54,458 bases of DNA from Fidelibacterota bacterium (GCA_029253045.1 JAQXAG010000093.1:1-54458), one strand, 5' to 3'; shown: positions 7,907 through 17,297, counted from the first letter of the stretch. Made by a program: numbers and translations. Notes: a model not told the origin generated them from the letters alone.

Positions 7907-8427
7907 ATTTTAATAAACTGTTGAATCATATTAAATGTTCCCTCTAAATCTCTTTGATAATTCGTATCAAGTATAACATTATAATATTTTTTTGAATTTT
8001 CATAATTAAAACCCATTCTTACTTTTGGGTGGCAAGCTCTTAAAAGAAAAGATGAAAAACGACTAAAATTAATGTTTAGATCAATCATATTTGCATAATT
8101 CAACTCTTTAATTTTTTCTACAAATGCTTGAGTTGGCATGCCGAGAGAATTAATATCTTTGTAAGAAAATAATATTGCTGATTCATTAATTTTTTTAGGA
8201 TAAAAATTAATTAGAGCATCTTTGATTAAGAAATGGATTTTAGCATCATTATATTGAATCTTCTCCAAGAAAAGGTTTGCTAAATCAAAAGCAACTTCTC
8301 CATCTGGAAGTACAATTAAAATTGAGTCTTTTTCAGTGCCAGAGTACTGATATTTCTCAGGTTTATTCATGAAATAATTTTTATATCTCCACCAATAAAT
8401 TATTTTTTCTGCTCGTGAATATTCCAT
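7903..8427 (-). CDS. Hypothetical protein, possibly a stand-alone domain like the N-terminal domain of glycosyltransferase family 9
   Basis: 174 aa. Its stop overlaps the LbH gene start by 4 nt. The pattern ILIVLPDGEVAFDLANLFLEKI...IHFLIKD...NMIDLNINFSRFSSFLLRACHPKVRMGF resembles the GT9 N-terminal Rossmann half. This is a weak, memory-based call. Confidence 0.45.
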   Translation of the reverse strand: MEYSRAEKIIYWWRYKNYFMNKPEKYQYSGTEKDSILIVLPDGEVAFDLANLFLEKIQYNDAKIHFLIKDALINFYPKKINESAILFSYKDINSLGMPTQAFVEKIKELNYANMIDLNINFSRFSSFLLRACHPKVRMGFNYENSKKYYNVILDTNYQRDLEGTFNMIQQFIKI

Positions 8428-8491
8428 ATAGCATATGTTAGCTAAAAATCATTAATTAGAATACTGATTTTAGAATTAAATTATCCTACTT

Positions 8492-9973
8492 ATGTCAGTT
8501 AAAAAATTAGGGAAATTTCCATTTACTAAAGGTATATATAAAGATATGTACCGTAATAGATTATGGACAATGCGGCAGTATGCAGGATTTTCCTCTGTTT
8601 CTGAATCAAATCAAAGATATCAAGCTTTATTAGATAGCGGTGTAAGTGGATTATCGGTAGCTTTTGACCTGCCTACGCAAATGGGTTATGATTCTGATGA
8701 TGACATGTCTTCAGGAGAAATAGGCAAATCAGGTGTACCAATATCAACACCGGAAGATATTGAGTCACTTTTTGATAAGATTGATTTAGAGCAGGTCTCA
8801 GTATCTATGACTATAAATTCCACCGCATCAATACTATTAGCATTTTATATATCTCTAGCTAAAAAAAGAGGTTATTCTTTAGATAAGTTAAGAGGCACCC
8901 TTCAGAATGATATATTAAAAGAATATATTGCGAGAGGAACCTATATCTTTCCTATTAATCCGTCTTTAAGATTAACCACTGATATATTTGAATATTGCCA
9001 GCAGAATTTACCAAATTGGAATTCTATATCTGTGTCAGGATATCATATTAGAGAGGCTGGAAGCACAGCAATACAAGAGCTGGCTTTTACATTTGCTAAT
9101 GCTATTACATATCTAGAGTCTGCAAAAGCAGCAGGTATCGATATAGAAAAACTAACAACACAAATATCATTCTTTTTTAATTCTCATAGAAATTTTTTCG
9201 AAGAGGTAGCAAAATTTAGAGCAGCGCGCGGAATATGGGCTCATATTGTTCGAGATAGATTTAAAATAACCAATATAAAATCCCAACTTTGTAGATTTCA
9301 TGTACAAACTGCTGGATCTACTTTAACAGCACAGCAAATTGAAAATAATACTGCGAGAACAACATTACAAAGTTTAGCTGCAGTATTAGGAGGAGCACAA
9401 TCAATACACACAAATGGGAAGGATGAAGCGCTCAGCTTACCATCAGAAGAAAATGCTTTATCTGCATTGAGAATACAGCAAGTGATAGCTCATGAAAGTG
9501 GTATTCCTGAGTTTATTGATCCAATTGGAGACAGTTCTTTAATTGAAGATATGACTTGCGATATAACAAAAAAGGTAACAAATAAAATTGATGAAATTAT
9601 TTCTAAGGGTGGTGTTGAAAAACTAATTCAGGATGGTACTATTCAAAATGAAATTGCTGAATCTTCGATTGAATTTCAAAATAATCTTGATAATAAAAAA
9701 GCAATCGTAATAGGGGTAAATAAATTTATTAGTAAAGAAACAAACGAAGAGAAAAAGATTCCTGATTTCGAAGAAGATAGATTAGAAATAATCAAAAAAT
9801 TTAAATCTACACGCAATGAGAAAGGTGTCTCTAATGCTCTTTTATTACTTGAAGAGAAAGCCAAAACTAATGAAAATTTAATACCATATATTATTGATTG
9901 TAGTGATCATAAATGTACGCTTGGGGAAATATCTGCTTCACTAAAAAAAGTGTTTGGAGAATATTCCCTATAA
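8492..9973 (+). CDS. Methylmalonyl-/isobutyryl-CoA mutase family catalytic (substrate-binding TIM barrel) subunit, with no B12-binding domain
   Basis: 493 aa with FTKGIY..MYRNRLWTMRQYAGF, GLSVAFDLPTQMGYDSD, SGYHIREAG, FFEEVAKFRAAR and HVQTAGSTLTAQQ. It ends before any DxHxxG cobalamin-binding domain. Confidence 0.9.
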   Translation: MSVKKLGKFPFTKGIYKDMYRNRLWTMRQYAGFSSVSESNQRYQALLDSGVSGLSVAFDLPTQMGYDSDDDMSSGEIGKSGVPISTPEDIESLFDKIDLEQVSVSMTINSTASILLAFYISLAKKRGYSLDKLRGTLQNDILKEYIARGTYIFPINPSLRLTTDIFEYCQQNLPNWNSISVSGYHIREAGSTAIQELAFTFANAITYLESAKAAGIDIEKLTTQISFFFNSHRNFFEEVAKFRAARGIWAHIVRDRFKITNIKSQLCRFHVQTAGSTLTAQQIENNTARTTLQSLAAVLGGAQSIHTNGKDEALSLPSEENALSALRIQQVIAHESGIPEFIDPIGDSSLIEDMTCDITKKVTNKIDEIISKGGVEKLIQDGTIQNEIAESSIEFQNNLDNKKAIVIGVNKFISKETNEEKKIPDFEEDRLEIIKKFKSTRNEKGVSNALLLLEEKAKTNENLIPYIIDCSDHKCTLGEISASLKKVFGEYSL

Positions 9974-10038
9974 ATTGTAAAAAAATAAGGAACATTATAT
10001 AAAAAAATTGATAATATTAATGAGAGTATATTAAAAAA

Positions 10039-10623
10039 ATGAGGAAGAAAATGAATAAAGAAAAATTTATATTACTATTTAGCACTTTAATGCTTTTCAG
10101 CTGCTCGGGTACTATACCAAATGTTGGAAATGAAATTGCTGTACAAGAAACACCGGACAAAGGTGAAGAGGTTATTAAACAAGAAGTATCTGTGGAAACC
10201 TTCACTATTCAAGAACCTGAATCACCACCCTTGCCAGTGACTGTATTTGAACCATATATGATCAAAAGAGGTGATTATTTAATTAAAATTGCAGCTAGAG
10301 AATATGGCGATTCCTCAATGTGGAGAGAAATATATGAATGGAACAAGCAAGAAATTGGCTCTGATCCAGATAAAATATATCCCTATAATTTTTTATCCTT
10401 AAAAAGAAATGCTGAGCAAGCAAAAAATTGTGAATTAGAATTTTTTGAATATACAGTTCAGTCTGGGGATACTGCATGGAGTTTGGCTGAAAGAATATAT
10501 AATGATGAATTAGCATGGGTAGTAATCTATATGGATAATGCAGAAGTCATTAAGAATAATAGCGGTGTATTACAGCCAGGTTCTACTTTCCAGATGAGAA
10601 AAAAACTAGATCCTTGCAGCTAG
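10039..10623 (+). CDS. Lipoprotein with two LysM-like domains
   Basis: 194 aa with a lipobox (LMLFSC|SG). Two LysM-like segments are present (IKRGDYLIKIAAREYGD...W and YTVQSGDTAWSLAERIYND). An alternative start is at 10051 (MNKEKF). Confidence 0.65.
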   Translation: MRKKMNKEKFILLFSTLMLFSCSGTIPNVGNEIAVQETPDKGEEVIKQEVSVETFTIQEPESPPLPVTVFEPYMIKRGDYLIKIAAREYGDSSMWREIYEWNKQEIGSDPDKIYPYNFLSLKRNAEQAKNCELEFFEYTVQSGDTAWSLAERIYNDELAWVVIYMDNAEVIKNNSGVLQPGSTFQMRKKLDPCS

Positions 10624-11219
10624 ATTATAAAAGGATAGATTTCGATACAAAATGGATTTTAAATGGTTCAAAATCTATCATTTATAGAGAGTCTATCAAT
10701 TCGACTCTAAGTATTGCTCTCGATAAAGAACATCAAGTAAATGACAAAGGTAAAGTAGTCATTACAGATTCTCAAACAAGCGGTAAGGGTACTCATGGCA
10801 AACAATGGATCTCTACCCCTTATAAGGATTTAACTTTTAGTATTATTCTAGGGAACAATAATAATTTTGGACAAAAACTTATCGATGAATGCTGTCTTGC
10901 TATGGTACATGTCTTATCTTCGTATGGTATGAAAGCAAGCATAAAACCTCCTAATGATATATACATAAATAATAAGAAAATAGTTGGGATGTTGCTGTCT
11001 AACATACAATCTAGAGGATTGGAAAATAAAACATATCAAGCACTAAGTATCGGTATGAATGTTAACTCTACTATTGATATTAAAACAATTGATGTGGGAG
11101 CAAAAGTAAGTAGTACGTCTGTCTTGTTAGAGTTAGGAAAAGAAGTCAATCGAGAAGCCCTGTTAAAGCTAATTATAGAAAAAATCGATCCTGCTATTCA
11201 AAAGCAGGGATATCTGTAA
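10614..11219 (+). CDS. birA: Biotin--[acetyl-CoA-carboxylase] ligase, minimal catalytic domain only
   Basis: 201 aa with a TTG start. It has ESINSTLSIAL, a GKGTHGKQWIS variant of the GRGRxGRxW biotinyl-AMP loop, and KPPNDIYINNKKIVGML. No HTH or C-terminal SH3-like domain is visible. Confidence 0.7.
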   Translation: MQLDYKRIDFDTKWILNGSKSIIYRESINSTLSIALDKEHQVNDKGKVVITDSQTSGKGTHGKQWISTPYKDLTFSIILGNNNNFGQKLIDECCLAMVHVLSSYGMKASIKPPNDIYINNKKIVGMLLSNIQSRGLENKTYQALSIGMNVNSTIDIKTIDVGAKVSSTSVLLELGKEVNREALLKLIIEKIDPAIQKQGYL

Positions 11220-12363
11220 TTTTTTGACCTAGAATTAGCGTATGAATCTCATGAGTTCCTTCGTATGTATAAACTGTCTCTAAGTTCATCATATGTCTCA
11301 TCATTGGATAGTCATCCATGATGCCATTTCCACCAAGAATCTCTCTTCCCAACTGAGCACATTTTCTAGCAATTGCCACATTATTCTTTTTACCTAGAGA
11401 AATATGAGAAAAATCTAAATCTCCACTATCTTTAAGTCTAGCTAACTGCAGAGCAAGCAATTGGGCTTTAGTAATTTCTTCTATCATATATACCAGTTTT
11501 TGTTGTGTAAGTTGGAAACCAGCAATTGGTTTTGAAAATTGCTTTCTATCTTTACTGTAGCTTAATGCTACTTCATAACAATCAACAGCTGCGCCAATTA
11601 CTCCCCAAGCGATTGAATATCTAGCCTGAGTTAAGCATGATAATGGTCCTTTTAGACCCTCAATATTTGGTAATCTATTTGCATCTGATACTCTAACATC
11701 TTTCATAAATAACTCTGAAGTAATTGATGCTCGTAAACTCATTTTTCCATGAATATTAGATGAAGTAAATCCGTCCATTCCTTTCTCTAATAAAAATCCA
11801 CGGACAACATCGTCTTCATCTCTAGCCCATACTACTGCAATATCTGCGATTGAACCATTTGTAATCCACATTTTGGATCCGTTAATAATCCAATCATCTC
11901 CATCTCTTTTTGCCCTTGTAAGCATCCCAGCTGGATCTGAACCATGATTCGATTCTGTAAGGCCAAAACATCCTACTGCTTTACCAGCAGCTAATAAAGG
12001 CAACCATTTTTCTTTTTGCTCATCCGTACCATATTGATAAATAGGAAACATTACTAATGAGCCTTGAACACTACATACCGACCTTAATCCTGAATCACCT
12101 TTTTCGAGTTCTTGCATTATTAATCCGTATGCAGTACTAGTTATTTCACTTCCTCCATACTTTTTGGGAAGTGTAGCACCAAAAAAGCCTAATTCTCCCA
12201 TTTTTGGGATTAAATCAAGAGGGAATGATCCTTTTTCATAGTATTCATTAACGATAGGATTGAATTCTTCTGCAACAAATTGATTTGCTGTTTTTTGGAT
12301 TAATAGCTCTTCATCTGTTAGTAAAGATGTGATATTACAAAAATCTGGTCCAATATATTTCAT
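11194..12363 (-). CDS. gcdH: Glutaryl-CoA dehydrogenase (acyl-CoA dehydrogenase family)
   Basis: 389 aa with SVQGSLVMFPI, GCFGLTESNHGSDPAGM, WITNGSIADIAVVWAR, LKGPLSCLTQARYSIAWG and the C-terminal YTYEGTHEIHTLILG. Confidence 0.85.
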   Translation of the reverse strand: MKYIGPDFCNITSLLTDEELLIQKTANQFVAEEFNPIVNEYYEKGSFPLDLIPKMGELGFFGATLPKKYGGSEITSTAYGLIMQELEKGDSGLRSVCSVQGSLVMFPIYQYGTDEQKEKWLPLLAAGKAVGCFGLTESNHGSDPAGMLTRAKRDGDDWIINGSKMWITNGSIADIAVVWARDEDDVVRGFLLEKGMDGFTSSNIHGKMSLRASITSELFMKDVRVSDANRLPNIEGLKGPLSCLTQARYSIAWGVIGAAVDCYEVALSYSKDRKQFSKPIAGFQLTQQKLVYMIEEITKAQLLALQLARLKDSGDLDFSHISLGKKNNVAIARKCAQLGREILGGNGIMDDYPMMRHMMNLETVYTYEGTHEIHTLILGQKITDIPAFE

Positions 12364-12402
12364 TTAGATATTTCCATTTTTTAAAATGTTATTTTTTCAT
12401 AT

Positions 12403-13182
12403 TTAATATAAAAGGTCTGAAACACTATTAAATAGTATAGAATTTGTGGCAATTATAGGGTCTGTAACAAGGGTTTTCTTTTGATTATAAATAATATTTT
12501 TGTTATTGATAGTTTTTACCAAACCTCCAGCTTCTCTTACAATACAATCTCCTGCACAAATATCCCATTCATTCTTCGGTGCAAGTGTTGAAAAAATATC
12601 ATATTTATTAGCCCCAACTAAGCCCAACTTATAGGCAACGCTGCCAACAGGTTCAATCAAACCAAAGTCATCATTATAGACTTCCCATAGCTTCTTTCTA
12701 TATTCCGATCTACTAACAGTTATAGATGAATCATTAAGTTTTTCTTTTTGAGATATCATAACCTTAGAACCATTAAAAGAAGTTCCCTTGTTTTTTTCAG
12801 CAGAAAACATTTCTTTTGTATAAGGATTATAAATAACACCCACTACTGGATATCCGTCCTCAACTAATGCAATACTAACAGAAAAATGTGGAACTCCTTC
12901 AATAAACTCCTTTGTTCCATCGAGCGGGTCTACAATCCATACACGAGACTTTTTTAGTCTATCTGGTGTGTCTACTGTTTCTTCTGAAAGCCATCCATCA
13001 TCTGGAAATTCTCCTCCAATAAAGTCTGCGATATATTGATCTGCTTCGTGGTCAGCAATAGTAACTGGATTGTTGAAGCTTTTATATTTTACCTGTTTAT
13101 CCGCATCAGAAAAATATTTCATTAAAATCTTTCCAGCATTTCTTGCTGCTACTTTTCCTGCAATTAATTCTTCGCCAAACAT
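12403..13182 (-). CDS. Inositol monophosphatase / 3'(2'),5'-bisphosphate nucleotidase family protein
   Basis: 259 aa with WLSEE, WIVDPLDGTKEF and WDICAG motifs. Confidence 0.85.
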   Translation of the reverse strand: MFGEELIAGKVAARNAGKILMKYFSDADKQVKYKSFNNPVTIADHEADQYIADFIGGEFPDDGWLSEETVDTPDRLKKSRVWIVDPLDGTKEFIEGVPHFSVSIALVEDGYPVVGVIYNPYTKEMFSAEKNKGTSFNGSKVMISQKEKLNDSSITVSRSEYRKKLWEVYNDDFGLIEPVGSVAYKLGLVGANKYDIFSTLAPKNEWDICAGDCIVREAGGLVKTINNKNIIYNQKKTLVTDPIIATNSILFNSVSDLLY

Positions 13183-13388
13183 AATTGTCAGATTATATGT
13201 ATTATAAAGCTAAAAATCGCTAAATTACTTTTGAAATTGAGGGTAGAAATTAAAAACTAACTATTTTTTTATTTTATATAATTTGAACAAATAAATTTTT
13301 TTATACCTAGTATTCTCTCCTCTATTTCATAGAAAATTAAAATATGTGCTATGTAAATATATGTAGCTCAAATGAAAGTAAGGCTTTT

Positions 13389-14891
13389 ATGAAAAAAGAA
13401 ATTTACATCAGTAAAGGTGTAGGAGAGACAAGAATAGCTGTCAAAGAAAATGGCATACTTGCCGAACTCCATGTTGATAAAGAATCAAAAGAAAGAACTG
13501 TTGGCAATATCTACAAAGGTGTTGTTGAAAATGTAATTCCTGGAATGCAGGCTGCATTTGTTAATATTGGTGAAGGCAATAATGCATTCTTACCATTCTC
13601 TGAAATCTCAGATCCTGAATTAATTGCAGATCGAAAACCCAAATCTAAAAATTCGAAAGAAATCAATGTTTTACTGTCCCCTGGACAAGAAATTATTGTT
13701 CAAGTAATTAAAGAACCTTTTGATAATAAGGGCGCTAGAGTTACTACCAATCTTTCTATTGCAGGACGTTTTATTGTACTAATTCCTAAATCAAAATATG
13801 TAGGCGTATCAAAAAAAATGCAGGATCGTTATGAAAGAAGAAGATTGAAAAAAATTGCATTTGATATGAAGAAACATGGATTAGGAATTATCATACGTAC
13901 TGTTGCTGAAGGAAAAACTGATCAACAAATTCAAAATGACTATGCAAGTTTAGAAAAAAAATATAACGGCTTAATGAAGCTAGCAGAAAAAAGTGAAGCT
14001 CCAGCCCTTGTTCATAATGACCTAGAGATGACATCAAGCGTATTAAGGGACTTAATAAGTGATAAGGTTGAGAAAATTGTTGTTGACTCTAAAGATGATT
14101 ATAAAAAAATACAAAAAATGGTTAAAGATGACGCACTAGATATTGGGGACACTTTAGAGCATTACCGTAAAAGAACACCACTGTTTAAAGAAACAGGTAT
14201 TGATAACTCAATGATAAAGCTGCTGAGAAATAAGGCGTGGCTCAAAAGTGGAGCATATCTTATTATTGAAAGAACTGAAGCAATGGTTGTTATAGATGTG
14301 AATAGTGGGAAATTCGTCGGTAAGAAAGGGCATGAAGAAAATTCTTTAAAAATAAATTTGGAGGCTGCAAAAGAAGTAGCTGCTCAATTAAGATTACGAC
14401 ATTTATCTGGACTAGTATTAATTGATTTCATAGATATGGTTTCAGCAAGTAATAGAAAAAAAGTATATCTTGAAATGAAAAAAGAACTAAGAAAGGATAG
14501 AGCGAAGGTAGCTGTATCAGAGATATCAGAATTTGGTGTACTTGAAATGACTAGAGAAAGAACTGGATTGAGCATTATTGATTCATTAACTGAATGCTGT
14601 GATACTTGTAATGGAGATGGAAGAATTATATCAAAAGATACTCTTTTAACAAGAATTGACTATTGGCTTCGTGACTATAAGCAAAAAAATAAAGATCTTA
14701 GATTAAAACTCTATCTTAATCCTGAAATTGCCAAATATTTAAAAGAAGAAAAAAAGAGAGATTATATCAGTTTAATGTGGAAGAATTTTGTATACCTAAA
14801 AGTAATTGATGATATTGCAATGGGCAAAAATGTATTCCGCTTTACTAAAATGTCAGATCCTTCAGATATAACTCATGAAATAGGTACTTGA
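13389..14891 (+). CDS. rng: Ribonuclease G/E family (Rne/Rng) endoribonuclease
   Basis: S1 domain (GNIYKGVVENVIPGMQAAFVNIG) and catalytic core (VVIDVNSGKF, LIDFIDM). The start is taken at MKKEIYIS; the track ORF begins 45 nt earlier at 13344. Confidence 0.9.
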   Translation: MKKEIYISKGVGETRIAVKENGILAELHVDKESKERTVGNIYKGVVENVIPGMQAAFVNIGEGNNAFLPFSEISDPELIADRKPKSKNSKEINVLLSPGQEIIVQVIKEPFDNKGARVTTNLSIAGRFIVLIPKSKYVGVSKKMQDRYERRRLKKIAFDMKKHGLGIIIRTVAEGKTDQQIQNDYASLEKKYNGLMKLAEKSEAPALVHNDLEMTSSVLRDLISDKVEKIVVDSKDDYKKIQKMVKDDALDIGDTLEHYRKRTPLFKETGIDNSMIKLLRNKAWLKSGAYLIIERTEAMVVIDVNSGKFVGKKGHEENSLKINLEAAKEVAAQLRLRHLSGLVLIDFIDMVSASNRKKVYLEMKKELRKDRAKVAVSEISEFGVLEMTRERTGLSIIDSLTECCDTCNGDGRIISKDTLLTRIDYWLRDYKQKNKDLRLKLYLNPEIAKYLKEEKKRDYISLMWKNFVYLKVIDDIAMGKNVFRFTKMSDPSDITHEIGT

Positions 14892-14925
14892 TAACCAATA
14901 ATTTAGCTATTAAGTTCCCAAGCTT

Positions 14926-15330
14926 ATGTTTGCAATTGTAGAAATATATGGAAAACAGTATAAAGTCGCTAAAGGCGATACACTCTTAGTAGATTCTAAG
15001 ATAGATATTGCTGTAGGTAAGACTTTAAAATTTGATAATGTAAAAGCAATATCAGATAAAGATACAAATATATTTAATCCTAAAGAATTAGACTCCTTTA
15101 AAGTAAGCGCTAAAGTTCTTGAGCATAAAAAAGCAAATAAAGTTACAATTATCAAAAAGAAAAGAAGAAAAGGGTACCAAAGAAAAAATGGTCACCGTCA
15201 AGATTTAACTATGCTTGAAATCCAATCAATTACTGGAACAAAAGTAAAAGCGGCAGCAAAAACTACTAAAGCAGCTGCTCCAAAAAAGAAACCAGCAGCT
15301 AAGAAAAAAGTTGCTGACAAGAAAAAATAA
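14926..15330 (+). CDS. rplU: 50S ribosomal protein L21 with a Lys/Ala-rich C-terminal extension
   Basis: MFAIVEIYGKQYKV... is a canonical L21 N-terminus. The last ~30 aa are KAAAKTTKAAAPKKKPAAKKKVADKKK. Confidence 0.95.
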   Translation: MFAIVEIYGKQYKVAKGDTLLVDSKIDIAVGKTLKFDNVKAISDKDTNIFNPKELDSFKVSAKVLEHKKANKVTIIKKKRRKGYQRKNGHRQDLTMLEIQSITGTKVKAAAKTTKAAAPKKKPAAKKKVADKKK

Positions 15331-15343
15331 AAGGTAGGGACTC

Positions 15344-15598
15344 ATGGCTCATAAAAAAGGACAAGGTAGTTCAAGGAACGGAAGAGATTCTAATGCACAA
15401 AGATTAGGTGTTAAAATGTCTGACGGACAACTAATTTTATCAGGCGGTATTATTATTAGACAAAGAGGCACTAAAGTACATCCTGGACGAAATGTTAAAA
15501 GAGGTAATGATGACACTCTATTTGCTACATCTCCTGGCTTGGTTAAGTTCAGCAAAAAAGGCAAAACAACTTTTGTTAGCGTTGTCGAACAGAATTAA
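15344..15598 (+). CDS. rpmA: 50S ribosomal protein L27
   Basis: [24 protein letters not shown]... is a canonical L27 sequence. Confidence 0.95.
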   Translation: MAHKKGQGSSRNGRDSNAQRLGVKMSDGQLILSGGIIIRQRGTKVHPGRNVKRGNDDTLFATSPGLVKFSKKGKTTFVSVVEQN

Positions 15599-15600
15599 AA

Positions 15601-16536
15601 ATGGCTAGACCAAAAATAGCGTTAATCGGAGGTGGTCAAGTCGGTGGTAATATTGCTCTACTCTCTGCTCAAAAAGAATTAGGTGACATTGTCATCATCG
15701 ACATCCCTCAAGCTGAGAACTTTATTAAAGCAAAAGCTTTAGATATATCACAACTTCTTCCACTTGACGGCTATGATGCCAAATTAAGTGGTTCATCAGA
15801 TTTTGCAGCAATTAAGGATTCAGATGTTATTGTTATTACTGCAGGATTTCCAAGACAACCTGGAATGGATCGCGAAGATTTATTAAAGAAAAATTTAGAT
15901 ATTATGACAAATGTTGCAGAACAAGTTAAGCTTCATGCACCTAATGCTTTTGTAATAGTTGTTTCAAACCCTTTAGATGCAATGGTATATGCTTTTTATA
16001 AAGTATCAGGCTTTGCTAAGAATAAAGTTGTTGGAATGGCTGGTGCACTTGACAGTGCTAGATTTAGATCATTTATTGCAGAAGCAACAAATCTATCTTC
16101 GCAAGATGTTACATGTATGGTTCTTGGTGGACATGGAGACACGATGGTTCCTGTAAGTCGCTTAGCAACTGTAGGAGGTGTCCCATTAACATCACTATTA
16201 GATGCTGATACAATTAAAGCAATAGAAGACCGAACTCGTTTTGGTGGTGGAGAATTAGTGAAGTTGTTTGGAAAAGGATCTGCATTCTACGCTCCTGCGC
16301 AATCAGCAGTAGAAATGATTGAAAGCTTTGTAAAAGATAAAAAAAGAGTAATTCCATGTGCATCACTCTGCGAAGGTGAATTTAATGTAGATGGATATTT
16401 CATTGGTGTTCCAACTGTTATTGGAGCCGATGGTGTAGAGAATATTTTAACATTCGATTTAAATGATGATGAAAAAAATGCTCTCAATAACACTCTTACA
16501 GAAGTTAAAAAGACAGTTCAAGAAACTGGACTATAA
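15601..16536 (+). CDS. mdh: Malate dehydrogenase (LDH-like MDH type)
   Basis: 311 aa with IALIGGGQVGG, ITAGFPRQPGMDREDL, VSNPLD and GGHGDTMVP. Confidence 0.95.
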   Translation: MARPKIALIGGGQVGGNIALLSAQKELGDIVIIDIPQAENFIKAKALDISQLLPLDGYDAKLSGSSDFAAIKDSDVIVITAGFPRQPGMDREDLLKKNLDIMTNVAEQVKLHAPNAFVIVVSNPLDAMVYAFYKVSGFAKNKVVGMAGALDSARFRSFIAEATNLSSQDVTCMVLGGHGDTMVPVSRLATVGGVPLTSLLDADTIKAIEDRTRFGGGELVKLFGKGSAFYAPAQSAVEMIESFVKDKKRVIPCASLCEGEFNVDGYFIGVPTVIGADGVENILTFDLNDDEKNALNNTLTEVKKTVQETGL

Positions 16537-16541
16537 TACAT

Positions 16542-17297
16542 TTGAAGAACAATCTATCTCTTCTAATTTTTTCATTACTAATATCATCTAATCTTTTTGC
16601 TCAATCCGGCTATATTACTGAAGAAACTACTAAAGCATCTTTTAAGATGGGCTCTATGGAATCTTCTGTCTATAAACACTTTTCTGAAAATACTTACTAT
16701 TCAAAAATGGATTTTTCGTTTAAAGGAAAAGGATTAGCGCGATTAATGAGCAGAGACTTAGAAAATGGGACTATTATTTCATTTCAAGACTCTACTATTA
16801 TAAATATAAATCATAAAAAAAATCGTTTTACCAAAAAGCTATTATCTCAAATTTTAGAAGAAAAAGAATCTGAATCTGAAAATGAATCTGAAAATGAAAA
16901 TCAAGAAGACGGTAATTCAGAAGAAGAAAGCTTTATTCCAGTAATATCTGATAGCTTAGAGTTAGTTAATGGTTTTGAATCTTATAAAGTAACATTAAGT
17001 GAAGGTGATAATAATAATCAAAATGTATGGGTTACAAGCACAGCAAGAAAATCTATTATTGTTAAATCTATGCAAAGTAGAATTGATGAATTTGAAAGAA
17101 ACTGGGTGAATTTCGATGGTAATTTTTCGGAACTAGGTATCGATCAAGATGTAATTATCGTTAAAGCAGTATTTAGCGATGAAGAAGGAGGTAGCTTTGA
17201 ATACAACTTGAATGTATATGCTCCTACTGACTCTCTGCCAACTATGTTTGAAGTTCCTCAAGATTATAAGAAAGTCAAAAAACTTAAAATGTTTTAA
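16542..17297 (+). CDS. Secreted hypothetical protein with an acidic Glu/Ser/Asn repeat
   Basis: 251 aa with a TTG start. The signal peptide ends ...SNLFA|QSG. An internal EKESESENESENENQEDGNSEEE tract is present. No family was confidently recognised. Confidence 0.55.
   Translation: MKNNLSLLIFSLLISSNLFAQSGYITEETTKASFKMGSMESSVYKHFSENTYYSKMDFSFKGKGLARLMSRDLENGTIISFQDSTIININHKKNRFTKKLLSQILEEKESESENESENENQEDGNSEEESFIPVISDSLELVNGFESYKVTLSEGDNNNQNVWVTSTARKSIIVKSMQSRIDEFERNWVNFDGNFSELGIDQDVIIVKAVFSDEEGGSFEYNLNVYAPTDSLPTMFEVPQDYKKVKKLKMF

Noticed and set aside
13183-13388. The 206-nt divergent gap upstream of rng could hold an sRNA or an autoregulatory leader.
   Set aside because: It is almost pure A/T with no convincing stems or conserved motif visible. 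It is most simply two divergent promoters, and this cannot be evaluated without comparative data.
16861-16900. A short tandem DNA repeat (gaatctgaaaat units) could be a CRISPR-like or VNTR element.
   Set aside because: It has only about 2.5 imperfect copies, lies in frame inside a coding region encoding an acidic linker, and has no spacer/repeat architecture.
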